From: a virus
Taxonomy: Duplodnaviria > Caudoviricetes
Length of the DNA: 64,000 nucleotides
Reading direction: 5' to 3' (one strand)
IMG/VR virus record: IMGVR_UViG_3300032038_000018
Location: 32,001-96,000 of that record
The position numbers were made by a program, and so were the translations under genes. Shown piece after piece: positions 19,419 to 29,188 of the stretch (position 1 is its first letter; the number at the start of each line of letters is the position of its first letter). Below the pieces are notes generated by a model, which worked only from the letters and a program-made list of their open reading frames with translations, made no database searches and was not told where the DNA came from.

Positions 19419-20740
19419 GTTGCATTACCTTGTCCTTCTTGGGTTTGATTGTTTTTCTGATTTGCATTTTTACCTTTATCGGCAGTTAATGCCTTAGGAG
19501 CATTGTATGCATATCTAATCAATAATTCACAAGATATAGCTCTTTCTTTGAGAATAGTTATATAGAAATCTATAAATGCTGTGCATTCATTCAGACCCTT
19601 AGATGTACCAACGAATACTTTATTTATAGATTTCTGTAATTCTTCATTTACGTTCTGAATACCTTCAACCTTTTTACAAATATCTTCAAATGATGTAAAT
19701 GCATTCTTTATTCCATCTCTTGCAGTATTTGCAAATTTTAAATAATTCTTATAATCTCTAATAAACGATTTTGCATTATCGAGCATTGCCATATTATTCT
19801 TGAGTAATACTTTCTTAGGTTTATTGTCATCTGCACTTGTGCCCTTTATCTGTGCATAACAATATTTCTTAACGCTAGTTGCATTAGCATCTCCTATATT
19901 CTTAGCATCAATATGAAGTTTACCCATCATTATTTCGGCAGGAGATGTTATCTTAATTGCATTAACGTCATTTGTGCTACTATCTGCAGGAGGATTTTCT
20001 GTAGTAGCATCCTCTGCGGCTTCATTGACGTTTGTTGTTTTTGTTGTTGATTCGGGATTACCATTAGCATCAACTTCTACTGTGGTTGCAGTCTTAGTAG
20101 CTTCATTCATATTGCCTTCAGATGCAAGTTTAATTGCTTCATCAATCTTGGCTTTATTAGCATTACATGCATTTGCATAATCTGTAACAGTTGCAGTTAA
20201 TGCTTTAGAGAAATCAGATATAAAGTTATCATTATATTGATAATCTGTAACTACTATATTATCATCTAACTTTCGAGTTCTCATGATACGGTCAAGCTCA
20301 GCTGCAGTATCAGCATTATCATTTAACATCTGAGACATTGATGCACCTAGATTAGCTAAATGCTCTCTGATAAACTGAGTTACTTTAGCTGCAATCTGTT
20401 TTGCAGTATTAACAACTTCTTCTTTTAATTTAGGATTGTCTTTACCTGCAGCTTGATTCTGTGTCTTCTGTTGGTCAGCAGCTTGCGCATTATTTTCAAC
20501 TCGATTTACATTATTTTCAGCACCATCTAACTGGTTTGTAACTTTTTTTACTGTTGCATTACCACCGCCACCAGTGGAAGAAGTTCCACCAGTAGTTCCG
20601 CCAGTAGAACCAGATGGTGACGATGGTGGATCACCTTCCAGTGCAAATGTATATCTTAAATCGCTTTCGTAGAATATCTCTTCGATAGCAAGGTCTCTAT
20701 CCTGATATTCTTCGTCAAGTCTTTCATAATATTTTTCCAT
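19415..20740 (-). CDS. Probable internal head/virion protein with acidic propeptide
   Basis: Acidic N-terminus ending FALE, Gly/Ser/Thr linker, late-type promoter at 20773-20786. Confidence 0.6.
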   Translation of the reverse strand: MEKYYERLDEEYQDRDLAIEEIFYESDLRYTFALEGDPPSSPSGSTGGTTGGTSSTGGGGNATVKKVTNQLDGAENNVNRVENNAQAADQQKTQNQAAGKDNPKLKEEVVNTAKQIAAKVTQFIREHLANLGASMSQMLNDNADTAAELDRIMRTRKLDDNIVVTDYQYNDNFISDFSKALTATVTDYANACNANKAKIDEAIKLASEGNMNEATKTATTVEVDANGNPESTTKTTNVNEAAEDATTENPPADSSTNDVNAIKITSPAEIMMGKLHIDAKNIGDANATSVKKYCYAQIKGTSADDNKPKKVLLKNNMAMLDNAKSFIRDYKNYLKFANTARDGIKNAFTSFEDICKKVEGIQNVNEELQKSINKVFVGTSKGLNECTAFIDFYITILKERAISCELLIRYAYNAPKALTADKGKNANQKNNQTQEGQGNAT

Positions 20741-20772
20741 TTTATATAAACACCACGCTTTGTATTAATATA

Positions 20773-20786
20773 ATTATATCGATGTT
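20773..20786 (-). promoter_or_regulatory. Putative late promoter AACA-N6-TAAT
   Basis: Minus strand aacatcgatataat. Confidence 0.6.
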
Positions 20787-20849
20787 TTTGGGCATTTTGG
20801 ATTAGAATGATAACTATATATTATAGACACAAGAAAGGAGTGATTCTCT

Positions 20850-22958
20850 ATGATAGAGATCGAAAAGTATTTTTGTAATGTATATGACAAACTCGAAACT
20901 GGTGAATATGGAATTGAGTCTCTGGAAGAATATGAACCTGATATGGAGTTAAAGTCAAAATCGTATGTCAACTATGTTAAGACAAGTACGAAAATTTCAA
21001 CCACTGCATTGTTAAAGTTTCTGATAATCCAATTGGATTATTATACATTCTCTCTTACAGGAAATGTATTCATATCCGATAGCGATTATGATGAATGTAT
21101 GCAAGCATATTTGACATTAAATCCGGGTGCGAAATTGATTACCGAGAACCATTTTCAGCCTAAGGTAAACACTTGGCAAATCAAACAACATAGTGCTCCA
21201 CAGATGGTTGGTTCTGTAGAGAAAGTATTCAGTAAGGAAGACGTAATTAAGTTTATCCACAGTGAATGTGACAATGCATTTGGTAAATCTAATATATTCT
21301 TCTCGCCAAAGTATGATGGTGTTGGAGTATGTCTTCAGTACGATCCAGTTAAGGTAGATATTGTATCTGCATTAACTAGGAAGGACGGAACGTATGGACA
21401 AGAATTAATCAAACTAGTTAAGCGTACTAAGAATTATGATGACATTGTAAATCATGCAAGAGAAGAATTTGGCAGTAATGAAGGTTTTATCAAATGTGAG
21501 ATCGTAATGTCTCAGAAAGACTTTGAAGAACTCATAAAAGAGAAACCTTATAAGAATAGACGTAATGGTACTTCTGGAATAATTAATACTCCAGCAAATA
21601 TAGAGTATGCTAAATATCTAACGATTATTCCTCTTATATTTGGTATAAAGGGTAAGACTAAGTTTACTTATAAGTATTTGCCAAATATGGAAGAATATTC
21701 TGCATTTACATTTACCTATCCAAAATCTAATGAAGAATTTGAAGATATGGTAAGCGATTATATTCAGAATGTGCTTGATAAAACACATACATCTGAATAT
21801 GAATATAGGACAGATGGTGTAGTTATCTTTATAGACAATTGCCATTTTCAGTATCCTAATGTAATGGATCATGCAATTGCTTATAAGACAAATTCTAATG
21901 CTGCAATAACTAAGATAGTCAATGGTTATATCTCTATAGGAAGAACTGGTAAAGCAACTCCTATGGTAAAGGTAGAACCATGCGACTTGAATGAGACAGT
22001 TGTAACAGACGTTTCATTATCAAACTTTGCTAAGGTAAAGAAGCTTGGTTTAAGAGAAGGCGATACAATCCAGATAGTGTCATCCGGTGATGTTATCCCT
22101 ATGGTAAATAATATCATCAAGCATAATACTATATCTGATTTATACTTCGAGCTCAAATGTCCAATATGTGGATTTGATTTAGTGCCTTATACAACTAATG
22201 ACGGCATCACAGAATATGAATGTGACAATCCAAACTGTCCTAGACTCATAGCAGGTAAAGTAACCAATTTCCTAGAGAAGTTAGGAGCCAATGGAATCAG
22301 TGACCAAACTATTCTTAATATCTATGAAGCTCTTAACATTAGAGATATTATAGAATTCTTAGATACTAAAAAGTATAAGAGTAAGCTCAGTGAGCTTCCT
22401 GATTGGGGAGTTCAATCTGCGAATAATTTCTGTAATGAAATAGAGCGTATTAAGAGTAAGCCAATCACTCATGGTGAATTCTTAGGAGCTATGGGTATAC
22501 CCGGTATAAGTACTAAGAAGTGTAAATCATTATTCACATATGTGGATTATGATGAGTTCATGGAGTATTGTCATGCCGGAAAATATGATATAGCTGATAG
22601 AGGCCTATATGAAGTCAAAGGTTTCTCTGTTAAATCAGTAGAAACATTCATGGATTTCATAAAGCATAATATCACTATAATTGATCGACTCTCTAAGATC
22701 CTTACATTAGTAAAGGATAAGAGAAGTGAAGCTAACATAGTATTCACAGGGTTTAGAGATAAAGAAGCAGAGGAATATGTCTCTAAGAAAGGTATAGATG
22801 TTAGCGAAAATATAAACGGTCAAACTATAGCTGTAATTAGTGCCAACAAAAATAGTGGCAAAACTAAGAAAGCTATAGAAAGGAATATTCCTATATTCGA
22901 TGCGTACAGTGCACCGATAATAGAAATATGTGATTATATAATCGCCAATCTAAAGTAG
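20850..22958 (+). CDS. ligA: NAD-dependent DNA ligase
   Basis: KYDG adenylation motif, TRKDG..G, TDGVVI, GRTGKATP, GDVIP, Zn finger CPICG..CDNPNC, HhH and BRCT-like (VFTG) C-terminus. Confidence 0.93.
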   Translation: MIEIEKYFCNVYDKLETGEYGIESLEEYEPDMELKSKSYVNYVKTSTKISTTALLKFLIIQLDYYTFSLTGNVFISDSDYDECMQAYLTLNPGAKLITENHFQPKVNTWQIKQHSAPQMVGSVEKVFSKEDVIKFIHSECDNAFGKSNIFFSPKYDGVGVCLQYDPVKVDIVSALTRKDGTYGQELIKLVKRTKNYDDIVNHAREEFGSNEGFIKCEIVMSQKDFEELIKEKPYKNRRNGTSGIINTPANIEYAKYLTIIPLIFGIKGKTKFTYKYLPNMEEYSAFTFTYPKSNEEFEDMVSDYIQNVLDKTHTSEYEYRTDGVVIFIDNCHFQYPNVMDHAIAYKTNSNAAITKIVNGYISIGRTGKATPMVKVEPCDLNETVVTDVSLSNFAKVKKLGLREGDTIQIVSSGDVIPMVNNIIKHNTISDLYFELKCPICGFDLVPYTTNDGITEYECDNPNCPRLIAGKVTNFLEKLGANGISDQTILNIYEALNIRDIIEFLDTKKYKSKLSELPDWGVQSANNFCNEIERIKSKPITHGEFLGAMGIPGISTKKCKSLFTYVDYDEFMEYCHAGKYDIADRGLYEVKGFSVKSVETFMDFIKHNITIIDRLSKILTLVKDKRSEANIVFTGFRDKEAEEYVSKKGIDVSENINGQTIAVISANKNSGKTKKAIERNIPIFDAYSAPIIEICDYIIANLK

Positions 22959-23038
22959 ATTATATATTATATATGTGGAGTGAATGACAAGATTTGCTCC
23001 ACATATAATAAATTTATTAACCGAAAGGAGACAATGCA

Positions 23039-24070
23039 ATGGCAGAAAACAGCAACGTTTTTCAGAAATTTGCACCCGGACAGATTTGGAACCTCAGACT
23101 GCAGCAGTGCGCTGCAACAGACGAGAAGCTTAGACCCTATTTAATACTAGGCGCCGTAAAGAGGAGATTGATCCTCATTAGGCTGACGCACGAAGGCGAA
23201 TTCAGTTCAAACTGGATATATACTATCAAGAATGATGATGGAACTTCAAGTAATTTCATCATCGATTGTCCTATAGTTGTGAATCCATGGGATATAAAAG
23301 ACCAGATAAATGCCGATGATCTCAGGATATTAAAGCGACAGGAATTTCTGGCAATAATGAAAATGTTTATTGCAATGATAATATACAATAGCACATATGA
23401 AGACATGCTGCTTACTGAATCAGCAATAGACGACATTAAAGAAGAAATATCTAGGCATGAAGAAACAATGTACAGTTTCTCGAGATATGGAACTTATAAT
23501 GACGTGACGAAAATTTCATCACCGTTTAAGATTAAAACACCAATAATGGAGGCACCGCCTATCGAAGTAAAAGAAGAAGAATCCACTGAGAATGATATCG
23601 ATAATGCAGACGTATGGGAGTGCGACAAAGAAAACAATGAAGAAATTGACACTACAGACGAAGATACTGATGACGATGATGATATAGTAAGACGTCGTTG
23701 TTATCATAGCATAAAGACAACCATGGCGTCTCTCAAAATTGAAGACATCGTCATCTTTGGTGAGGGGTCAACCACACTTGAAGATGTATACAAAGCATGC
23801 GACCAATTTGGGATCAAAAATCCCAAGTTTGAACTTAGCACTTTATGCCAGCGTAAGCGTTGTGCATATGTTGGTGGTAAGTACAATTTCACATTGAAGA
23901 TGTACTTCAATAAAGACAAGAATGCTGACAAGAGAAAGGCAAGGAACTTCAAGAAAGTTAAGAGGAACTTGATTGAAGATGTTGATAATTTTGGTGCAGC
24001 TGTAACTGCATCTATTTGGGGTACATCACCAGCTACCGTATATTATTATGCCAAAAACAGGACTAGGTAA
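23039..24070 (+). CDS. Hypothetical protein with possible PemK/MazF-like N-terminal fold and C-terminal HTH
   Basis: PGQIW...KLRPYLIL; acidic linker; ASIWGTSPATVYYY. Confidence 0.5.
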   Translation: MAENSNVFQKFAPGQIWNLRLQQCAATDEKLRPYLILGAVKRRLILIRLTHEGEFSSNWIYTIKNDDGTSSNFIIDCPIVVNPWDIKDQINADDLRILKRQEFLAIMKMFIAMIIYNSTYEDMLLTESAIDDIKEEISRHEETMYSFSRYGTYNDVTKISSPFKIKTPIMEAPPIEVKEEESTENDIDNADVWECDKENNEEIDTTDEDTDDDDDIVRRRCYHSIKTTMASLKIEDIVIFGEGSTTLEDVYKACDQFGIKNPKFELSTLCQRKRCAYVGGKYNFTLKMYFNKDKNADKRKARNFKKVKRNLIEDVDNFGAAVTASIWGTSPATVYYYAKNRTR

Positions 24071-24081
24071 GGAGAAAAAAT

Positions 24082-24705
24082 ATGAATATAGCAATTTGCG
24101 ATAATTGCAAATCAGTTCACCCGATAGGCGACGATCACAAACCAATAAGAACATGCAATTGCGATGCAGATATTTGGGAATGCGATGAAGAAATATATCC
24201 TCTTCTCAGAATGCTTTGGGATAAAGGATACACTACCAAATTTTCATGCGCCGGACATTCTTTTTCTGAGAAATATGAAGAGGATGAATTAGCTGGTGTA
24301 TCGGATTACCCCAACTGCGATGTATACATAATGCTTGATGCTAGTAAAATCAAGATTAATGACATAACGAAATACAAATATGGAAGCGCGTTCATAGAGC
24401 GTAATTCCATAGAGAAGATATATGTAGACGCAATGAAAATGCGTGGTATCGAGTTGCCAGAAGAGTATGTATTCGATGTCGATGAACCGATATTCGTAAG
24501 CTACATTTACGATTTATATGACTCAAAGGAGGAAGCTGATAAAGAACTCGACTGGCTCAGAACAGCGCCCCCATTCGATTATCGCATAAGCGTATTATAC
24601 GAAGGGCATAACAAATGCCGTAACTATATCCAGCGCTTCATGAAACTTCTTGAAATGAGAAGTGACATGGCAAAACTGGTAGATTTGTTACCGATTAACA
24701 AGTGA
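24082..24705 (+). CDS. Hypothetical protein with GY-T-xx-SC-x-GH motif
   Basis: DEEIYPLLRMLWDKGYTTKFSCAGH; AGGAG RBS. Confidence 0.6.
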   Translation: MNIAICDNCKSVHPIGDDHKPIRTCNCDADIWECDEEIYPLLRMLWDKGYTTKFSCAGHSFSEKYEEDELAGVSDYPNCDVYIMLDASKIKINDITKYKYGSAFIERNSIEKIYVDAMKMRGIELPEEYVFDVDEPIFVSYIYDLYDSKEEADKELDWLRTAPPFDYRISVLYEGHNKCRNYIQRFMKLLEMRSDMAKLVDLLPINK

Positions 24706-24745
24706 GAAAATATCCACTCTCTTAGAGAGTGGATATTAATTTTTT

Positions 24746-24821
24746 TGGCTCCCACAGCTGGACTCGAACCAGCGACCCTTTGATTAACAGTCAAATGCTC
24801 TACCGACTGAGCTATATGGGA
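24746..24821 (-). tRNA. tRNA-Asn(GTT)
   Basis: TCCCATA..TAGCTCAGTCGGTAGAGCA, TTTGA-CTGTTAA-TCAAA, GGTTCGAGTCC, encoded CCA. Confidence 0.95.
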
Positions 24822-24964
24822 TTATAATGACAGTTTTTAATGTGTTTCATGATATCTCGGATAACTGTCAACCTCAACCACCTAATTTTTTAATTGGTAA
24901 GCTACCCAATATAGTGGTGCCGGTGACGGGATTCGAACCCGTAAGGATTTCTCCGAGGGATTTT

Positions 24965-25646
24965 CGTACCACTATATCTTTCGATACCTAATATAATAAA
25001 TATATTAGTTTGTGGTCTGGAATCAATCTTCGTCTGTTCTAGACGGGACATGTATATTCTCTACGCACTCACCCTAAGGTGATTGGCACGGTATTGCCAT
25101 TGGGAAAGGTTTCACCGTTTAGTGTCCATTCATCGTAAGTATCCCTACTTACATGCTCGCGCCCACCGAATTTTTCCAAAGTTTCTTCACTTCTTTTAAT
25201 CTATCTTCTAATTCATAGTAAAAGATATAATCACCACCAGCTTTAGCTGAACATGATTTGGAACAGGTTAAATACCGCGGTCTGTTTCTATTAAGATCAG
25301 CATAAAACCTAGCCCACATGTGATACGTTATTGTAAATGGCTTACCACAAATCATGCATATTTCTTCAGTGGTTTGATATCTAAGTGCATGCTCTCTTTG
25401 GTGTTCACCATGTTTAACTACTTCCAGATTTGATAAGTCATTATTAGATGGATCACCATCTATATGATGAACATCTTCATTCGGCTCTAATAGTCTGCCC
25501 AATTTCTCTTCCATTAGAATTCGAGGATATGAACCAAAATGATTTTTGCCATTTTCGTCTTTATAATAATAACGAACACGGCCGTCTTTACAATTATAAG
25601 TTCTAATATTTTTCATATTTATTATCCTCTCTGGATTTTTATTCTC
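24965..25646 (-). mobile_element. Group I intron (682 nt) in the tRNA-Leu anticodon
   Basis: Follows U, ends in G; P3 GGACA/TGTCC; P AAACGGTGAAACC, Q GGCAATACCGTGCC, R GTAGAGAATATAC, S GAAGATTGATTCC. Confidence 0.88.
25149..25616 (-). CDS. Intron-encoded HNH homing endonuclease
   Basis: RILMEEKLGR..EDVHHIDGDPSNNDLSNL..H...H; C-terminal CxxC..CxxxC; GAGG RBS; lies inside the intron. Confidence 0.88.
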   Translation of the reverse strand: MKNIRTYNCKDGRVRYYYKDENGKNHFGSYPRILMEEKLGRLLEPNEDVHHIDGDPSNNDLSNLEVVKHGEHQREHALRYQTTEEICMICGKPFTITYHMWARFYADLNRNRPRYLTCSKSCSAKAGGDYIFYYELEDRLKEVKKLWKNSVGASM

Positions 25647-25783
25647 AAGTCCCTTTTGTATTCCAATTCCAACACACCGGCTTATTACGCGAGTTTTGTT
25701 TCATAACATGAATGGAGTCGAACCACACAATGATGGATTTTTACCATCTTACTCGCGGGACATCCGATGCCCTCATTTTTTAA

Positions 25784-26362
25784 TTATTCATCTGTCATAG
25801 GAATTGCCCTAGTGCAAGGTCTTACTGTAGCAGATGATTTAGTAACATCTCTTACTATATCAGCAACGATCTTGTGAGCATTGCCACAGTAATCTGATGT
25901 ATCATCATTGAAGAATGTGATGATTTCTCTCTCAAATACTGCAAAATCAATCTCGGGAAGACCGGGAAGAGGCTCCTCAGATACGATTGTTGAGAACAGA
26001 GGATTACCCTCAAATGCAGTAGTCCAATCTTCTGCAGTTGCAGGAGTATCATCTGCTTCATAGTTAACGTTTATCTTAAGAGTTATGTTACCCATAGGAA
26101 CTACAGTCTTAAGAATCTTGTTAAGAGCTGCAACTTTAGCAACATCATTGGAAGTAACATTGAAAGAGTAAACACCGTTACCCTCTTCTGTGATATGATC
26201 GTCAACTGTTACGTTGGCATCATCCTTGAACAGATTCCATACTTCCTTATGATAGGTTTCCCAAGGTGCAGAAAGACCAACGGTCTCTTTCTTGTCAACC
26301 TTCTTCTTAAGGTTTCTTGCTACTGACATATTAATGCCAGTATATGACTTTCTAGTTGCCAT
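25784..26362 (-). CDS. Hypothetical protein within the tRNA cluster
   Basis: AAGGAGG RBS before MATRK; the longer start would overlap tRNA-Gln. Confidence 0.75.
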   Translation of the reverse strand: MATRKSYTGINMSVARNLKKKVDKKETVGLSAPWETYHKEVWNLFKDDANVTVDDHITEEGNGVYSFNVTSNDVAKVAALNKILKTVVPMGNITLKINVNYEADDTPATAEDWTTAFEGNPLFSTIVSEEPLPGLPEIDFAVFEREIITFFNDDTSDYCGNAHKIVADIVRDVTKSSATVRPCTRAIPMTDE

Positions 26363-26403
26363 GATTGTATTCCTCCTTAATAATAAATTTGTTTTTAAGG
26401 GAA

Positions 26404-26479
26404 TGGTTTCGATAGTAGGACTCGAACCTACATTACGGGTGTCAAAGGCCCGGATCCTGACCAATTGGATGATATCGAA
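26404..26479 (-). tRNA. tRNA-Gln(TTG)
   Basis: TTCGATA/TATCGAA acceptor stem, CGGGC-CTTTGAC-ACCCG, GGTTCGAGTCC, CCA. Confidence 0.88.
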
Positions 26480-26486
26480 ATCTATC

Positions 26487-26562
26487 TGGTGCGCTAGACG
26501 GGACTCGAACCCACGACCACCGGATTAAAAGTCAGGTGCTCTACCGACTGAGCTACTAGCGC
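26487..26562 (-). tRNA. tRNA-Lys(TTT)
   Basis: GCGCTAG/CTAGCGC, TAGCTCAGTCGGTAGAGCA, loop CTTTTAA, GGTTCGAGTCC, CCA. Confidence 0.95.
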
Positions 26563-26657
26563 ACAGGTAATAAAGAAATGTTTATGACTATATAAAAATA
26601 AATTATATATACTAAAAATGTATCAAACCACAAACAATCCCAAAAGGAGGAATTTTT

Positions 26658-27332
26658 ATGGGAGCAACCAAGCGTAACTTTATTCCTGTAAATCAACAGG
26701 AACGTGATCTTATCTTAAAGATCCAAAAATCAGTGTGTGATTCTGAATTTATGGATAAATTCAGAATTAACTTAATTCCCGAGACCTTTGATATTTACAC
26801 AACGGTCATTGCATTTATGGATGGCATTCATAAAGTATTCGGCAATGCGGATGTTGACATCGTTAATATATGTGATCTCTTCATTATAGAGAAAACATAT
26901 AGAGATGTACAGAAGGCTGAGAAGTCTGGCAATATCAACTGCAACATGTATCTTGGTGATGTTGGTAACGATATCGTTGCTAATGGTATCTCTGGATATA
27001 GAGATACACTACCGGATGATGAAGAAATGCTGACTCAAATGCGTGCTGCAGCTGCACATGCAATTATGTATTTACAAGATTATGCAATCGGTGGACTCAA
27101 ACCCGATGATGTAATACATATTGCAGTATCATTCTTTGTATATCTGATACTTACTGTAGATGAATATTCTAAGAATGAAAATGTTAAGCCTGAAGAGTTT
27201 GGTATTGAGATTGGTTCGCATCTGGCATATTTCAAGATCAGATTTGTTAGAAAGAATAATGCACCAATCGTAGTAATTAATGTAGGTCCCGCATTAAAGC
27301 TGACTGTAAAATCGGATGCGATAACCGAATAA
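26658..27332 (+). CDS. Hypothetical protein
   Basis: AGGAGG RBS; 224-aa ORF. Confidence 0.7.
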   Translation: MGATKRNFIPVNQQERDLILKIQKSVCDSEFMDKFRINLIPETFDIYTTVIAFMDGIHKVFGNADVDIVNICDLFIIEKTYRDVQKAEKSGNINCNMYLGDVGNDIVANGISGYRDTLPDDEEMLTQMRAAAAHAIMYLQDYAIGGLKPDDVIHIAVSFFVYLILTVDEYSKNENVKPEEFGIEIGSHLAYFKIRFVRKNNAPIVVINVGPALKLTVKSDAITE

Positions 27333-27412
27333 TAATTAATATCGCACAGAAAAATATGGATAAGACAGTGAAAATATCTGCCTTATCCATAAATTTTTTG
27401 GGAGGGAATTAA

Positions 27413-29164
27413 ATGAAGGACATAATTCACACCATTGAGAATCCTTATGAAAAGGATTTCAATATGGAATTTTTGACATCATCTAATGATTATCCGTTGG
27501 AAGATCTCGTTATCATGGTAATGAAAGATACTGAGATAATTAAGAATATCACGGTAGAGTCATACGAGATTGACAATAATTATGACGAGATCGATTACCG
27601 TTGGCATGACGTTAACATTAACTTCAAAAGGAAAGATCCTTATAACATAAACATACCCAACCATAAGTACATGATAGAGTCTTATTACTCTAAGATAACA
27701 TTTACCATTAGAATTGAGACTAACATCAATTCCAGAGTGATAAAGAAGTCTATCATAGTTCCCAAGCTTACTGATGATGGATATTTCATAATCAGTAATA
27801 AGAAAGCCAAAGCTATATGGCAGCTTGTTGAAGCATCAGTATATGTACAGAGAGGTAAAATTACTCTCAAGAGTAGAATGCCTATTATAATGTACAAGAC
27901 TGTTACTAAAGAGATGACAGATACTGAAGGAAATACATATTCATTCAAGCCGTATTCATATGCTATGGATGCGTTTGCTAAGAAAAAGTCACCGACTGCA
28001 TCAAGCAGAAGAGTGAATAATAAATTCATAAATCCTTTTGTAATATTTGCATCTAAGATGGGATTGAATCAGGCAATAAAGTTCATGTGTGTAGATGAAC
28101 TTATATCTATCGTAAAGGTAGATGTACTCGAAGAACATGACTGTTACTCGTTTATACCATTTAACGATTTATATATAAGATGTCCCAAGGTAGCTCTTGA
28201 GAATGATCTCATCTGTAGTCTGGTAGGAATGCTATTCTTACTTCAGACTAATGAATTCCCTGTTTCGTATGAAGACCTCGACAATAGGGATTACTGGATA
28301 GCACGTATAGGTGTAGTTGGTTCTAAACATGATAAGCCTCTGAATGAATTCAGAAATAAAGGCTATACTACACTTATGATGATAGAAAGACTTCTTGATA
28401 ATATGACTATCAGAAATCTTAGACTTCCCGATGGATATAAAGGCAATATCTACGAGATACTCAGATGGATGATAGCAGACTTTGACGAACTTAAGATAAA
28501 AGACAATATAGACATCAATAACAAGCGTATACGTAAGAACGAATACATTGTTAAGTCAACTCTTGGCAGAAAACTCAATGAGAATATCAATAGAGTTATC
28601 ACGCATAGGAGTGACTCAAGGCAGAATACTATAGACGCACTTCTGGAAATATTTAATTTCCCTGATAATATTATTCTCAACGGAATGAGGATAATCAATG
28701 ACCTTATTAAGTCAGAAGACATCACAAATGATTTCACAATCATAGAAGACCTCGCGTATTCATCTAAAGGACCTGAGTCTCTTGGAGATGGAACTACTAA
28801 GAATGTAATGGTTAAACTTCGTGATGTTCATCCATCCTTTATGGGTAAGATAGACTGCGAAGTTATATCTCAATCAGATATAGGTATGACTGGTTCATTT
28901 GTACCATATCTGAAACTTTACGATGGATTCTTCTTTGACCCCAATAGAGAACCTGATGGCAGACTGTATGAAACAGTTGTAGAATTCAAAGATCTCTATG
29001 ATAGAACTAAAGGAGAAACCATTATCAATATGGCAACGGGTGAAGTATTAGAACTTCCATATACTGATCTCTCTGATAAAGATGCATTTAATGAATCTAT
29101 TAAAACCAGAGATGAAAAGTTTGGAATTACGTATGAGCCCATTGAGATAGTTGAATACACTTAA
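27413..29164 (+). CDS. RNA polymerase beta subunit, N-terminal part (probably non-virion RNAP)
   Basis: VPKLTDDGYFIISNKK..IWQL; SKGP.SL; LRDVHPSFMGKID...DIGMTG resembles RpoB RDVHPTHYGR. Confidence 0.85.
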   Translation: MKDIIHTIENPYEKDFNMEFLTSSNDYPLEDLVIMVMKDTEIIKNITVESYEIDNNYDEIDYRWHDVNINFKRKDPYNINIPNHKYMIESYYSKITFTIRIETNINSRVIKKSIIVPKLTDDGYFIISNKKAKAIWQLVEASVYVQRGKITLKSRMPIIMYKTVTKEMTDTEGNTYSFKPYSYAMDAFAKKKSPTASSRRVNNKFINPFVIFASKMGLNQAIKFMCVDELISIVKVDVLEEHDCYSFIPFNDLYIRCPKVALENDLICSLVGMLFLLQTNEFPVSYEDLDNRDYWIARIGVVGSKHDKPLNEFRNKGYTTLMMIERLLDNMTIRNLRLPDGYKGNIYEILRWMIADFDELKIKDNIDINNKRIRKNEYIVKSTLGRKLNENINRVITHRSDSRQNTIDALLEIFNFPDNIILNGMRIINDLIKSEDITNDFTIIEDLAYSSKGPESLGDGTTKNVMVKLRDVHPSFMGKIDCEVISQSDIGMTGSFVPYLKLYDGFFFDPNREPDGRLYETVVEFKDLYDRTKGETIINMATGEVLELPYTDLSDKDAFNESIKTRDEKFGITYEPIEIVEYT

Positions 29165-29188
29165 TCGTGTATAGCGGAGGTACCGATA

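Larger units (their letters stand above)
24915..25681 (-). tRNA. tRNA-Leu(TAA) interrupted by an intron; exons 25647-25681 and 24915-24964
   Basis: Joined exons give GCCGGTG/CACCGGC acceptor stem, AGGGA-CTT|AAAA-TCCCT anticodon arm, long variable arm, GGTTCGAATCC and CCA. Confidence 0.9.

Noticed and set aside
20573-20630. CCA/CCG triplet-like repeats
   Set aside because: Simply encode a Gly/Ser/Thr linker of the minus-strand gene
26363-26528. N-terminal extension of ORF 25784-26464 and ORF 26292-26528
   Set aside because: They overlap tRNA-Gln and tRNA-Lys; the real start has an RBS at 26362
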